IMG/VR virus record: IMGVR_UViG_3300036793_000011
Span: 1 to 38,635 of that record
Length of the DNA stretch: 38,635 nt
Source of the DNA: a virus
Taxonomy: Duplodnaviria > Caudoviricetes
Reading direction: 5' to 3' (one strand)
Shown: positions 1-10,401 of the stretch, in pieces
Numbering within the stretch: the stretch's first letter is position 1
Layout: each line of letters starts with the position of its first letter
Translations under genes and position numbers: made by a program
The notes under the pieces: generated by a model
Seen by the model: the letters and a program-made list of their open reading frames with translations, nothing else
Told to the model about the DNA's origin: nothing
The model's database searches: none

Positions 1-461
1 GCCATGCTGCTACCACCGCCGTCACCCGCCATGCACGAGACGATCCCCATCGCGTTCGCCGATGGCGTGTAGCCGGGGAGCGTCGGGGTCTGCGCGTTCG
101 ACACGAGCGCGACGGTCGTCGGTCCGCTGTAAACCAAGACTTGCGCGGTGCCGTTGCCCGCGCCGTAGGTCATCGTGACGCCGCTCGAAATGTCGGCGGC
201 AGTCAGGAGCTTGTAATAGACGACGATCTGAGCGCCGCCCGCCATCGTCGTAATCGGCAGGCTCACCCACCCGGCGAGCGGCGGGCTGGGGGTGCTGCGC
301 GTCCAGATGATCAGCGCGAGTTGACCCGCCACGCACCCCGGAAACGTGAAGGTGAAGGACCCGCTCGGGGTCGGCGCGGTCGCGAACGACGCCACGAACA
401 CAGCGGGCGCGACGCCAGCCTTGCCGTGGCCCATCGCCGGGAAGACGAAGGGGAAGGTCAT
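1..461 (-). CDS. putative tail fibre / receptor-binding-associated protein, 3' end cut by window edge
   Basis: Not in the ORF track. ATG at 461 overlaps the TGA of the upstream gene (ATGA) and the frame is open to the edge: [26 protein letters not shown]...[16 protein letters not shown]. It is T/S/G-rich and follows the fibre gene. Confidence 0.6.
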   Translation of the reverse strand, partial: MTFPFVFPAMGHGKAGVAPAVFVASFATAPTPSGSFTFTFPGCVAGQLALIIWTRSTPSPPLAGWVSLPITTMAGGAQIVVYYKLLTAADISSGVTMTYGAGNGTAQVLVYSGPTTVALVSNAQTPTLPGYTPSANAMGIVSCMAGDGGGSSM

Positions 462-1858
462 GCGAACGCCTTCGCGAGCGCGTACTCGATCTCGGCGGCG
501 GACCGGACGAAATAATACAGCATGTCGACCGCGTTCGCGGCGGTGCTGAGCACGTTGGCCGCAGCCCCGCCCGGTCCCTTCCAGTTCGTGCCGTAGGTGA
601 TCAGCCGCCCGCCGGTCGCGTCCTGGGGAAGCCGGATGCGCCCCGACTGGCCGCTCTTGGCGTTGTTCGGGTTCGCCAGCGTGAAGGCGGCGGTCGCGGC
701 GGCGATGTCGAAGTTGAGGCCGGTATTGAAGTCGAGCACTTGGTTCGCGGCGAACGGAACCACGACCGGCTGCGAGATCGTCCAGAGCGCATAGGTCGAG
801 AGAAACTGATCGTTGTCGGTCCCGGCGAGGACGGTTGCCGGGGTCGCGGACTTGGTCGCGAACGTGCCGAGAACCCGCCACACCGAGCCCGACGCGGGCA
901 AGTCGTAAAACAGGATCGCTTGCATCTGCGGGAACAGGACGTGCGACGTGTCGAAGGCGAAGCGGTTCGCCGCCGCCGATGCTGCGTTGGCGTTGGCGAG
1001 TGTGATCGGGAAATTGCCCGCGTTCTGCACCACCAGCACCCGCCCCGCCGGGCCGCCCAGCAGGCCGGTGATCGTGCGCGCCGCGTCGCTGTAAATCCGC
1101 AGCACGCCAGCGGTCGCCAGACCGGCGGGCGCGTAGTCGTTTTGATCGGCGACGATCTGCGGAGGCGTCAACGAAGTGCCGAGCCCCCACCAGCCGGTGA
1201 TCAGCGCGGCGGCGGCGGGGAGCTTCGCGTCGAGCGCCGACTGCGTCGCCGTGCTGACCGGCTTGTTGACGTCGCTCGTATTGTCGACGTTGCCGAGCAC
1301 GAGGTTCGTGCGCGCCGTCGCCTTGTTGGTGAGCTCCGACAGGTTGTTCGCCGCGAGCATGTCGCCCGAGCCGACGCCCGGTGCGCCGGGTGCGCCGACG
1401 TCGCCCTTCGGACCTTGCGGGCCTGCCGCGCCAGTGTCGCCCTGCGGACCCTGGATGCCCTGCGGACCCTGCGGGCCGACTGCACCATCCGCGCCAGCGG
1501 GACCGGCAATGCCCTGCGGGCCTTGCACCCCCTGCGGACCGGGCGGGCCGCCGGGCGTGCCGGGATCGCCCTGCGGACCAGCAGGACCCGCCGGGCCGAC
1601 GTCGCCCTGTGGACCGACCGCGCCGTCTGTGCCAGCCGGGCCTTGCGGACCTTGCGGACCGTCAGGACCGGGCGGGCCGCCGGGCGTGCCGGGATCGCCC
1701 TGCGGCCCCGTCAGCCCTTGCATCCCTTGCACGCCCTGCGGGCCTTGCAGCCCTGTCGGGCCGGTCGCGCCGGGTGTGCCCGCCGGGCCGGTGGTCACGA
1801 AAACATCGACAACCACGACCGGCGCGATGGTGACGTCGAGGACTTCCGTGTCGGTCAT
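458..1858 (-). CDS. collagen-like tail fibre protein
   Basis: Long Gly-X-Y tract near the N-terminus. [22 protein letters not shown] is a motif common in fibre proteins. C-terminal beta-rich domain with [16 protein letters not shown]. Confidence 0.8.
   Translation of the reverse strand: MTDTEVLDVTIAPVVVVDVFVTTGPAGTPGATGPTGLQGPQGVQGMQGLTGPQGDPGTPGGPPGPDGPQGPQGPAGTDGAVGPQGDVGPAGPAGPQGDPGTPGGPPGPQGVQGPQGIAGPAGADGAVGPQGPQGIQGPQGDTGAAGPQGPKGDVGAPGAPGVGSGDMLAANNLSELTNKATARTNLVLGNVDNTSDVNKPVSTATQSALDAKLPAAAALITGWWGLGTSLTPPQIVADQNDYAPAGLATAGVLRIYSDAARTITGLLGGPAGRVLVVQNAGNFPITLANANAASAAANRFAFDTSHVLFPQMQAILFYDLPASGSVWRVLGTFATKSATPATVLAGTDNDQFLSTYALWTISQPVVVPFAANQVLDFNTGLNFDIAAATAAFTLANPNNAKSGQSGRIRLPQDATGGRLITYGTNWKGPGGAAANVLSTAANAVDMLYYFVRSAAEIEYALAKAFA
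1541..1705. repeat. internal duplication in the collagen tract ([14 protein letters not shown] twice)
   Basis: gggcgggccgccgggcgtgccgggatcgccctgcgg occurs at about 1541-1576 and 1670-1705. Confidence 0.8.
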
Positions 1859-2244
1859 GGCTGGACACTCCGCTCAAAGCCGACCGGCTCTCTGACCAAG
1901 GGGCTTCCGGTGCTGTCGGTGACGTCGCCCGTCACCTTCACTGGCCCAGCAAGGACGGTCATGATCCGGCCTGTCGGATCGGTGAGTTGCAGGTCCCATT
2001 GCCCGCTCGCAGGGGCGGCGCGCGACGCGTTCGGCGCGAGGCTCGCGTCGATGATGTTCGGCAGGGTCACGACGAGCGCGAGCGGGATGATCGTCGAGCC
2101 GCCGGGGCGGTCGCGGATTTCCGCCTTCACCGAGTATGACGAGAGGTCGACCGGCTCAGTTTTCGCAGCGTCGCCCCACAGGACGAACGTCCATGCGGAA
2201 GTGTCCCCGCGATAGATCGCGAGGGGATATGCGCCGGGCATCAT
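1855..2244 (-). CDS. small Ig-like fibre-attachment / baseplate-upper-like protein
   Basis: IYRGDT...[13 protein letters not shown]...WDLQLTD...VLAGPVKV pattern, typical of small genes directly upstream of fibre genes. ATGA-coupled to the fibre gene. Confidence 0.55.
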   Translation of the reverse strand: MMPGAYPLAIYRGDTSAWTFVLWGDAAKTEPVDLSSYSVKAEIRDRPGGSTIIPLALVVTLPNIIDASLAPNASRAAPASGQWDLQLTDPTGRIMTVLAGPVKVTGDVTDSTGSPLVREPVGFERSVQP

Positions 2245-2283
2245 GCGCGGCCTCCGTGCGTGTAAACGTGTTGAGTGCTCGAC

Positions 2284-5238
2284 CTACTTTTTGAGCTCAG
2301 TCAGCACGACTTCGGTCCGGTTCACTTGCGACGCGCCGGAGCCGCCGGTCCCGGTGTGAGCGAGCCGGTAAGTGTGCGCGCCAGCGCCGGGCTGGTGCGC
2401 GAACGGGAAACTCAATCCGGTGCCGCCCCAGGACGCAGGACACCAAATCGCGCCCTGCGTGATCACGGTCCCATCGCAATAGAGCTTGAAGACCGTTCCG
2501 GCGGGCGCGTTGGTCGTCGTCGCGAGCTCGCCGTACACGTCGATCAGGTGCGTCCCGCCGTAGCTCGTGTAGTTGAACGTGAGGTCATTCACCTCGACGT
2601 TGACCGTGTTCGTCACCGCGCCGCCGGGCGTGACCAGCGTCGCCGTCACCGCGCCGCCGATGATCATGTTCGCGGTGATCGTGTTGGCCTTGATGTCGTC
2701 GGCTTGGAAGTTGGTCGCGATCACCTTGTTGCCGACCACCGCCAGCGGGAAGACGTTCGACGAGCCGTCCGAGAAGCCGATCTCGTTGGCGATGAAGGCG
2801 ATGCTCGATCCACCGCCCCCGGACGCCAGTTTCATCCCGGCGACATGACCGCCCGCATCGACCGAAAGGACGTACTGCGCATTCAGGCCGTTCACGGACG
2901 ATTGCAGGGTGGTGATCGAGGCCGTGTGACCGTTGAGGGTCGTGTTGATGTTGGTGATCTGCGTCGCTTGCGCGCTGTCGGCGTTCGCCCGCGTCGTCTG
3001 TTCGGTCGTGATCGCGGCGGTGTTGTTGTCGACCTTGGTTTGCAGGCTGGTCCGGTACTGCCCCCAGGTCGTCGTCGGGTCGGCGAAAAGGGTCGTGTCG
3101 CTCATCTGGAACGTCGAGCCGTTCGGCAGGAGCGTCCCGACGAGGTCGATCCGGGTCTTCGAGTAGTTGGCGCTATCGGCGACGGGCAGGAGGTCTTGCG
3201 CCGTCTGCGCAGCCTGATCCGACGTTTGCTGGCCGAGGTCGGTCGTCTGGTTAAGCTGATCGACGAGCTCTTGCGGGGTCATCCCGCCGATGGTCGTCAC
3301 CCCGCCGGAGACGAGCGTCCCCACCGTCACGAGCCCGAGATCGAGCCCGGTGATCCCCTCGACCTGACGCACGGTTTTGTAGCGGACGCGGACGTTGTAG
3401 GTCGCGCCGGGCATCACCGCCCTGATCTCGATCCGCGTCGCGTTCGCGGGCGCGGTGGTGGTCATCCAGTCGCCGAAGGTCGGCGTCGTATCGAGCTCCA
3501 AGCGGATGTCGACCAGCACGCTCGACACGTTCGGATCGTCGACGTGGCCGGTGACGATGATCGCCGGGACTTGGCTTCCGTCGAGCCCGGTGAGGATGCC
3601 GCCGGTCGCGGACCATGAGCCGGTGTCGGGATCGAACACCTTCGTCGGGTCGGACGGCGTCAGGCTCGGGATCGGCGGCGGGCTCGGGTCGCGCCCCAGC
3701 GCGAAGGCGTGCTTGCTCGGCGTCTCGCTGCGACAGGTGAGCGTCACCTGTCCGTTGACCGGGTCGATGGCGCGTTGCTCGATCAGGAGCTCTTGCCCCG
3801 ACATCCCAAATTCGGGCTCGGTGATCGCGATCACGTCCCCCGGCTGCAACGCGCCCCAGCGCGCCGAGACTGGCAGGGTCATCGGCTCAAATTCGCGCGC
3901 GTCGACGATGTCGTAACAGGCGAGCTCGGCGGCTTGCTTCGGGTCCTGCACGAGCGCGTAGGTCCCGCCCTTACTGCGGAGCTCGCCGTCCGCCGTCACA
4001 TAGCTGTCGACCGTCACCGCGCCCGCCGGAACCATCTCCCAGCCGTGATCTTCGCTGCGGTACGTCGGGATAATCTGGTTGAAGCGATCCTTCCGGCCCT
4101 TGCTGCCGGTGATCGACGCCTCGCCGATCAGGTCGAGGCCGCTCAGCGTCGCGATCACCGTGCGCGGCGTGCGCACGACGCAGGACAGCTTGCCGCCCAT
4201 CTTGATCGGCTCGCCGCCGCCCGCCTGCAACATCGTCGTGAGCACCGACCACTTGGGATCGGTCGACAGGATTTCGCCGCCGATAGTCCAGCCGTTGCTC
4301 TCGCAGACGCCCGCGCCCTCAGCGAACGCCGACAGGTCGATGGTGTCGAGCGGCGCGCCGATGCCGAAGGTCAGCTTGCCGTTGTCGCGCCGACCGATGG
4401 CGAACGTGATCGCTTGCAGGAACGGATTGTCGTAGCCGACATTCGACCACGTCGCTTCGTCGTCGCTGCGCTGCGGTCCGGAGCCGCCAGCGACCGAGCT
4501 ATCCTTGCGCGGGTCATAGACCGGCGGGCCGCGCACAACCCACATGGGCTTCGGGATGCCAGCCGGGAACGCGCTCGACGCATAGATCAGCGACCACCAC
4601 GCGCAGGCGACGCCGCTCGTCAGGTGATCCGGCGTCCACTCCGGCGCGAGGTTCGCCGGGAAGCCGGGCGGCTGCATATAGGCGGGCTCGGGCTTCAAGC
4701 CGAACGTCCACCGGATGTCCATCGCGCCGCCGTAGGGGCTCGGGCCGGTGATGTCGCCGCCGCTCGTGTTTCCGTCGCCGTTCATCGTGCAAAGCTGATC
4801 GTTGCACGTCAGGCTTTCGAGCTTGTCGATCGGTCCCGCGCTGAGCGCGATCAGGTAATACAGGTGGCTGTTCTTGTCGGCCTGTCCGGTCGTGTTGGCG
4901 TGGATGATCTTCCCCGCCGTGCCGGTCCGCCCGAGCGCAAGCGGAATGCCCGCGCTGGGGTCGGCTTGGAACGTGACCTGTGTCCCGGCTGCGCCCTGGC
5001 CCACCTTGGGGCCGGGTCGTAACGCCGTCGACGCAAAAAGCGCCACGGTCCCCCATGCTGATGCCGCTGCCATGAGCCCGCCAGTCCCCAGCAGGACACC
5101 AACGAAATTCGGAATGACCATGATCGCGTTCGCCGCGATGGCCGCGAGCGTGCCGCTCCCGAGCGCGACGCCGACCGTGCCCGCGATGGCCGCAGCCGCG
5201 TCGATGATCGCGAAGCCTATCGCCGCTACCGGAGGCAT
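2284..5238 (-). CDS. tail tip / host-specificity protein (lambda J-like) with DUF1983-like C-terminal region
   Basis: VRGPPVYDPR, FNQIIPTY and LQPGDVIAI motifs, an FN3-like segment, a coiled coil, then LNAQYVLSVDAGGHVAGMKL. Start moved to ATG 5238. Confidence 0.85.
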   Translation of the reverse strand: MPPVAAIGFAIIDAAAAIAGTVGVALGSGTLAAIAANAIMVIPNFVGVLLGTGGLMAAASAWGTVALFASTALRPGPKVGQGAAGTQVTFQADPSAGIPLALGRTGTAGKIIHANTTGQADKNSHLYYLIALSAGPIDKLESLTCNDQLCTMNGDGNTSGGDITGPSPYGGAMDIRWTFGLKPEPAYMQPPGFPANLAPEWTPDHLTSGVACAWWSLIYASSAFPAGIPKPMWVVRGPPVYDPRKDSSVAGGSGPQRSDDEATWSNVGYDNPFLQAITFAIGRRDNGKLTFGIGAPLDTIDLSAFAEGAGVCESNGWTIGGEILSTDPKWSVLTTMLQAGGGEPIKMGGKLSCVVRTPRTVIATLSGLDLIGEASITGSKGRKDRFNQIIPTYRSEDHGWEMVPAGAVTVDSYVTADGELRSKGGTYALVQDPKQAAELACYDIVDAREFEPMTLPVSARWGALQPGDVIAITEPEFGMSGQELLIEQRAIDPVNGQVTLTCRSETPSKHAFALGRDPSPPPIPSLTPSDPTKVFDPDTGSWSATGGILTGLDGSQVPAIIVTGHVDDPNVSSVLVDIRLELDTTPTFGDWMTTTAPANATRIEIRAVMPGATYNVRVRYKTVRQVEGITGLDLGLVTVGTLVSGGVTTIGGMTPQELVDQLNQTTDLGQQTSDQAAQTAQDLLPVADSANYSKTRIDLVGTLLPNGSTFQMSDTTLFADPTTTWGQYRTSLQTKVDNNTAAITTEQTTRANADSAQATQITNINTTLNGHTASITTLQSSVNGLNAQYVLSVDAGGHVAGMKLASGGGGSSIAFIANEIGFSDGSSNVFPLAVVGNKVIATNFQADDIKANTITANMIIGGAVTATLVTPGGAVTNTVNVEVNDLTFNYTSYGGTHLIDVYGELATTTNAPAGTVFKLYCDGTVITQGAIWCPASWGGTGLSFPFAHQPGAGAHTYRLAHTGTGGSGASQVNRTEVVLTELKK

Positions 5239-5711
5239 GGCTTGACGCTCCATGCGGCGAGTGCGTGGCGGAAGCTCGTGCCGAGAACGGCGCATCCGCT
5301 GAGATTGACCTCCGGGTGAAAGCCGAGAACGCGCCCGTTGCCGAGCGCGACTGTCAGCGCGTCCCAGCCCTCCGGACCGGGGAACGTGATCAGGTCGCAG
5401 GGGAGCGCGCCGAGCGGCGCGATCCGCGCCAGTCCGTCAACGCTGTCGAGCGCGTCAGCCATCGAGCTCATGCCCTGCGATTTCAGTGCGGTGAGCGCCG
5501 CGCGCTCGGTCTTGTAGGACCCGAAGCGCGACAGGCGCGGCTTGTAACCGGCCTCGCTCAGAACGAACGCCGCGAGCCGTGCGCAGTCGGTCTTTCCCCA
5601 GACGAACGGCGCACCGCGAAACTTGTCGAGCGCCGCCTGTGCGATCTCGACGCGCCGCACCATGACCGGCTGCGGGCGGTCGCTCGGCGGGTCAAGTCGG
5701 GGGACGAACAT
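5226..5711 (-). CDS. NlpC/P60-like tail-associated protein (DUF6950-like)
   Basis: PFVWGKTDCARLA motif, in the lambda gpK position. True start may be ATG 5663. Confidence 0.7.
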   Translation of the reverse strand: MFVPRLDPPSDRPQPVMVRRVEIAQAALDKFRGAPFVWGKTDCARLAAFVLSEAGYKPRLSRFGSYKTERAALTALKSQGMSSMADALDSVDGLARIAPLGALPCDLITFPGPEGWDALTVALGNGRVLGFHPEVNLSGCAVLGTSFRHALAAWSVKPCLR

Positions 5712-6315
5712 ACAGGCTGTCCTTGACCACCGCCGGAACGGGCAAGTCCTGGCCCCACGGAAGCTGGCGCGTGACGTCGGTCACGAACTCGAAGCCGGTT
5801 TCCCCAGGCCATGCATTCTGGTGGTAGGCGTTCGTCAGGCGCACGGCGTCGTCGTTGTCGAACAGGCGTTCCCACACCGAGACGCAGTCGAGCGCGACCG
5901 TGCGCGTGCCCTTGCCGACCACCAGCACGCCTTGATCGACGTCGCCGGAGAAGATCAGCACCGGCTCGTCGATGTTCGCGCCGGTCGCCGGGTTGAGCGC
6001 CGCCATCCAGAGAAGCACCGACTGGCCTTGCATGTCCTGCGCCGCCAGCGTCGACGCCGCGTCGACGGTCTTCGGATTGATCGTCACGCGCAGCGATGGC
6101 GCTTGGTCGCCCATGCCGTCCGTGACCGGGTCGAGCGCCGCGAGCACGCCATACGTCGGGTCGTCGCCGACGAACACCTTCCCGTCGACGGTGAACTCGC
6201 CGGAGCCTGCCAGCAGCCGCAGCCAGCTTCCATCGGTGAGCGCGACCTCGACGCCGACGAAAAGCAGGATCGCAGGGCCGTCGAATTGCCCCCGGAATGT
6301 CGCGTCGTTCGCCAT
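5692..6315 (-). CDS. minor tail / hub protein
   Basis: Position between the Dit-like and NlpC-like genes. C-terminal HQNAWPGETGFEFV...LPWG motif. Start set at ATG 6315. Confidence 0.7.
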   Translation of the reverse strand: MANDATFRGQFDGPAILLFVGVEVALTDGSWLRLLAGSGEFTVDGKVFVGDDPTYGVLAALDPVTDGMGDQAPSLRVTINPKTVDAASTLAAQDMQGQSVLLWMAALNPATGANIDEPVLIFSGDVDQGVLVVGKGTRTVALDCVSVWERLFDNDDAVRLTNAYHQNAWPGETGFEFVTDVTRQLPWGQDLPVPAVVKDSLYVRPPT

Positions 6316-6317
6316 CG

Positions 6318-6875
6318 TCACGCGCTCTCGGTGATCGTGAAGCTGTGGCCGACGAAGCGGAAAAACTCGACGTCCCACGACGGCGGGTCGTCGGGGAAGC
6401 CTTCGAGGATCGGCGCGACGAACTCCATCGGCGCGGCGTTCATCGCCGTGCGCAGGAGCGGGCTGACGGTGATCACGTTCGACGCCACCTTGGTAACGAG
6501 ATGCAGGTAGTGCCGCCCGTTCGCGACGAACGAGAACCAGGCCCCGACGACCGGGATCGAGCCCGCCACGGTGACGGTCGCGGTGCCCGCTGAGCCGGTG
6601 CCGCTGACGCCGGTCAATGTCCGCATGTCGGGGATCGTCTGCGGCATCATGAGCCCGACCGTGTCGCCGACCGCGTCAGCTTGCAGCGACGTCGACAGCC
6701 ACTCAGCGGCGCAATCGGCGTCGAGCGTCGGGAGCCCGATCTCGGCGGCGTAGCGCGTGCCGGGCCGGGTGATCCGCTGCGTCGGCCCGCCGAGCGACGA
6801 CACGAGATCACCGCCGAAGCGCACGAGCTTCGGCTTGACGGTCGCGCCGCGTGGCAGGGTCGGAAACTGGATCAT
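6318..6875 (-). CDS. distal tail protein-like
   Basis: Immediately after the tape measure with ATGA overlap. SSLGGPTQRITRPGTRY motif. Confidence 0.6.
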   Translation of the reverse strand: MIQFPTLPRGATVKPKLVRFGGDLVSSLGGPTQRITRPGTRYAAEIGLPTLDADCAAEWLSTSLQADAVGDTVGLMMPQTIPDMRTLTGVSGTGSAGTATVTVAGSIPVVGAWFSFVANGRHYLHLVTKVASNVITVSPLLRTAMNAAPMEFVAPILEGFPDDPPSWDVEFFRFVGHSFTITESA

Positions 6876-9256
6876 CGCCCGAGGCTCCGACCGTTCTGGC
6901 GCGCGAGCTCCATCGGCACGCCGGTTCGGCTCGTCGAGACAGCCGTCAGCCCGGCGCGCGCGGCGGTCTGATCAGCGTAGGCCATCATCGTTCGCGCAGC
7001 CTGTTCCCAGATGACCGCGCCGCGATTGTCGAAAACGATGGTCGGCTGTCCCGCACCCCCGCCGCTGAGCCCGACTTGCCGAAGCTGGCTATTCGAGAAC
7101 ACCCGAGAGCCGCCGGGGAGGCTGACGAGCTCCGGACCCGCTTCACCCACGAGCGCCAGCCCGCCAGCCGCGCCCGTCAGGTCGCCCGCCGCGTGGCCGG
7201 TGATCAGCGACGACAGGAACGATGCGGCGGGCTTGGTGATCGTTTGCTCGACGAAGGACTGGATCATGTCCTCGGCGATCTTCTGGAAGATCGACTTGGC
7301 GACGTCCGTCAGCTTGCCGCCCTCGACGACAGCCTTCGCGAACCCCGACGCGAGATCGTTCAAGCCGCCGACCGCCCATTCCTGCATGGCGTCGTCGACG
7401 CTCTTGATCCCGTCGACGTATTTTTGGAGCGGCGTCTCCAACGACTTGTTGAGCGCCGTGGTCTGGTCGCTCTGTTTCTGGCCGAGCAAGTCGCGCGCCT
7501 GCTGCGCACGGTCGACGGCCTGCTGCAACGGGTCGATGGCGTCGGCGCTCGCGCCCATCTGGTTCGCGAAGTCGAGCCGGTCCTGCGCCTCTTTCAGCTT
7601 CGCGTCGGCGAGCGTCCGGTCGGCGAGTTGTTGCTCCTGCAACGCGAGCCGCTCGTAGGTCGCGCGATCCTTCGCCGTCGTCGTGAGATCAGCCAGCGCC
7701 GTCAGGTGCTCGGCGTCGGCGTTGAGCGCGTTCGCCTGCATGTCGGCGATGGTCTGTTCGCGCGCGACGTTGGCGTCGAGGATTTGAGTAAGTAGCTGTT
7801 TGTCCAGTAGGATTTTCTTGTCGTTGGCGATGATCTCGTCGTTGACCTTCGCGGCGGCGAGCTCCTTCAACTGCGCATCGGCCTGCTTATCGAGGCCCTT
7901 TTTCTGAGCCTCCTTCACCTTGTTGATCTGCGCGTCGATGTCGCCTTTCTGCTTGGTGAGCTCGGCGTCGACGGCGGCTTTTTCCAGCCGGTTCCGCTCC
8001 GTCAGGCTGTCGGTCAACGACGCCTGCGCATCGGCGAGGCCCTTCAAGCTCGACTGGTACGCGTCGAGCGCCGACTTGGTGAGCGCGTTCGTTTCGTCCT
8101 GCGGCCCGCGCTTCGTCTTCGGCACGGTCGGCGGGACGATGACCTGAGCCTTCGCCGCCGCTGCGTCGGCTGCGCGCCGGTTGCTCTCGCGGGCGTTGGC
8201 GTCGCCGATCTCGTTGCCGAGCTTGTCGATCTCAGCTTGCGCGCGCTGGATGATCGCGAGGTCGACGGGGCTGCGCTCCCAGCCGTAGTTCTGTTTGACC
8301 TGGGCGATTTGCTCCGTGAGCTTGTTGATCTTGATCCCAGGCGCTTCGGTGTTGGTGATCACCGCCATGAAGTGCAGGAACGCCGCCGTCACGTCGTTGA
8401 AGGCGGTTTTGATCGCGATCAGCGTGTCGGCGTACTGGACGAAGGTCGACGTCTTCTGAGCCTGCATCACGGCGTCGAGCGCCTTCAATTTCTCCTGGGC
8501 CTTCTGCGCGGCTTCGATGGTGCTGGCCTTGATCACGACGCCAGCCCGGTCGGCTTCGCCTGCGAGCTCGTTGAACCCATCCGCGCCGAGTTTCAGGAGC
8601 GGCAAGAGCTCCTCGATCCCGAGCTTCTTGGCGATGGCGGCTTGCTCGGCGGCGCTGCCCGCATTCTTGATCCGGTCGGCGATCAGCGGGAACAGGTCTT
8701 CGAGGTCGTGGTAGCTGCGAAGCTGGTCGGGCGTGATCTTCAACGCGTCGGCGAAGACGACCGCCAGTTGCTTCGCGCGCGGCAGGTTGCCCTGCACCGC
8801 ACCGACTGAGGCGTTGAGCGCTTTCAGCGCATTGTCCGCCGCGCCGACATCGACCTCCGTCTCCTTGGCGGCGAAGTTGAATTTCTGGATGAAATCGGTC
8901 GAGACGCCGACCGTCGTCGCGAGCTTGCCGATCCCGGCGGCGTCTTCGATGGCCTTGTTCGTTTGCTCCATCGCGATCCCGAACGCGCCGACGCCGACCG
9001 CCGCCGCCGCGCCGATGGGGCCGAGCGCACCGAGCGAAGCGCCGAAGACCGGGATCGAGCGCGCAGCCTCGCCGACGTGCTCGACGAAGCTGTCGAGGCC
9101 CTTCTCAGCCGCGCCGAAAAGGCCCTTGCCCGCCCATGCGCTCTCGACGTCTTTCGCCGCCTGCTTGTTGCGGGCGATGGCTTTGTCGAGCTTGTCGTTC
9201 AACGCCTGAAAGTTGGCATCGAAGACGACCACGAGCCGATCAATTTCCGTGCTCAT
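6872..9256 (-). CDS. tail tape measure protein
   Basis: 794 aa, Ala/Gln-rich and helical. N-terminal EIDRLVVVFDAN and C-terminal LVGEAGPELV motifs. Confidence 0.92.
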   Translation of the reverse strand: MSTEIDRLVVVFDANFQALNDKLDKAIARNKQAAKDVESAWAGKGLFGAAEKGLDSFVEHVGEAARSIPVFGASLGALGPIGAAAAVGVGAFGIAMEQTNKAIEDAAGIGKLATTVGVSTDFIQKFNFAAKETEVDVGAADNALKALNASVGAVQGNLPRAKQLAVVFADALKITPDQLRSYHDLEDLFPLIADRIKNAGSAAEQAAIAKKLGIEELLPLLKLGADGFNELAGEADRAGVVIKASTIEAAQKAQEKLKALDAVMQAQKTSTFVQYADTLIAIKTAFNDVTAAFLHFMAVITNTEAPGIKINKLTEQIAQVKQNYGWERSPVDLAIIQRAQAEIDKLGNEIGDANARESNRRAADAAAAKAQVIVPPTVPKTKRGPQDETNALTKSALDAYQSSLKGLADAQASLTDSLTERNRLEKAAVDAELTKQKGDIDAQINKVKEAQKKGLDKQADAQLKELAAAKVNDEIIANDKKILLDKQLLTQILDANVAREQTIADMQANALNADAEHLTALADLTTTAKDRATYERLALQEQQLADRTLADAKLKEAQDRLDFANQMGASADAIDPLQQAVDRAQQARDLLGQKQSDQTTALNKSLETPLQKYVDGIKSVDDAMQEWAVGGLNDLASGFAKAVVEGGKLTDVAKSIFQKIAEDMIQSFVEQTITKPAASFLSSLITGHAAGDLTGAAGGLALVGEAGPELVSLPGGSRVFSNSQLRQVGLSGGGAGQPTIVFDNRGAVIWEQAARTMMAYADQTAARAGLTAVSTSRTGVPMELARQNGRSLGR

Positions 9257-9501
9257 CGCGCGTACTTCTCGATCATCGCCTCATGCTCCTCGGGTGTCGG
9301 AGCACCGGCACCATCGGGCGGGCTGTTCGCTGCGATCCAGCCGTCGCGGACGGCGAGAAATTCCCAGAACGACATCGCGTCGATCTGCGTCGGCGTGAAC
9401 CCCATCACGCCGCCCGCTCCGTAGTAGTAGGCGAACCGGAGTTTTCCTCGGGGGAGGCCGCCGTGCTCGTTGTCGTTTGCGGCTCCCCCTCGCGCTCCCC
9501 C
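9253..9501 (-). CDS. tail assembly chaperone, -1 frameshift (gpT-like) segment
   Basis: Open -1 frame ending GFTPTQIDAMSFWEFLAVRDGW, overlapping the chaperone's 3' end and coupled to the tape measure start. Confidence 0.7.
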   Translation of the reverse strand, partial: GGARGGAANDNEHGGLPRGKLRFAYYYGAGGVMGFTPTQIDAMSFWEFLAVRDGWIAANSPPDGAGAPTPEEHEAMIEKYAR

Positions 9502-9887
9502 ACAGGTTCGTCCTCGGGACCGCTGAGCGACACGAGAACGATTTCGAGGGCGAGAGCGAGGTTCTCCAAGAGCGGGCGCTCGTCGTGGAGCTCGCGCACG
9601 ATCCGCCCGGCGCTGGTCGGGTCGAGCCCGCCGCCGGTCAGGCCGCGATAGAGCACTTCGCGCACGTCGTCGACGCGCCAGCGACCGACACCGCCCGCCG
9701 CCAAGAGCTCGATAAAATTCGCGCCCGGCATCGTGCGACGAACCGCCGCCCAAGCTGCCAAGCGCTGCGCGATCTCACCGGGACCGGCGTCGCACGTCTC
9801 TTGGATTTTGCGCCACTCGCTGATCCCCAGGCGGAAGGTGCGCTCCTCGCTGCCCCATTGCCTGACGAGCGTGGCGTTACGGCTCAC
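9405..9887 (-). CDS. tail assembly chaperone (GTA-gp10-like, gpG equivalent)
   Basis: GTG at 9887 overlaps the tail tube stop (GTGA). Motifs WGSEERTFRLGI and WRVDDVREVLYRGLTGGG. Confidence 0.8.
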   Translation of the reverse strand: MSRNATLVRQWGSEERTFRLGISEWRKIQETCDAGPGEIAQRLAAWAAVRRTMPGANFIELLAAGGVGRWRVDDVREVLYRGLTGGGLDPTSAGRIVRELHDERPLLENLALALEIVLVSLSGPEDEPVGEREGEPQTTTSTAASPEENSGSPTTTERAA

Positions 9888-10345
9888 GGACCGACAGCCG
9901 TCACGGTCACTTCGCCGTCCGACACCATCGCGAGCGTCGCCTCCATCTTGTTGCCCCGGTCGCCTGTGATCTCGAACGAGGTCAGGTGGAACGGGCCAGC
10001 GAAGACGACGCCGCCATCGGTCGCGGGGACGTCGACGGTGATCTGGCAGTTTCGCGACAGCGGGTCGGCCAAGTAGTCGGCGAAGACTTGAACATCGGGC
10101 GTGTTGAGGATGCCCGCGCCCGCCAGCGTGTAGCTGAGCGACACCTTCTCGCGAGCGAGCCAGCCGAGCGCGTCGGGGTCGTCGCAATCGGGGATGTTGA
10201 AGTCGTTGGTCGCGGCGTCGCCCTTGATCGAGCGGGCTGCGTTCACGGTGCAATACGCCGTGAAGACCTCCGGCGAGCCACCGTCGCCGATGGCGATCAG
10301 GAGCTTAACACCACGCGCATATTTCACAGGGTTAGGCGTAGCCAT
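9884..10345 (-). CDS. major tail tube protein (TP901-1 / Phage_tail_2-like)
   Basis: LLIAIGDGGSPEVF, PDCDDPD and GPFHLTSFEITG motifs, ending SDGEVT. Confidence 0.88.
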   Translation of the reverse strand: MATPNPVKYARGVKLLIAIGDGGSPEVFTAYCTVNAARSIKGDAATNDFNIPDCDDPDALGWLAREKVSLSYTLAGAGILNTPDVQVFADYLADPLSRNCQITVDVPATDGGVVFAGPFHLTSFEITGDRGNKMEATLAMVSDGEVTVTAVGP

Positions 10346-10401
10346 AGCGAGGGCCTCCGTGGGGGTTCGGGCTGTCGAGGAGGGCGGTCGCGCGACCGGG
10401 A

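Noticed and set aside
1-5238. Diversity-generating retroelement or invertible tail-fibre cassette
   Set aside because: No reverse transcriptase, invertase or adenine-variant repeat pair was seen in the window.
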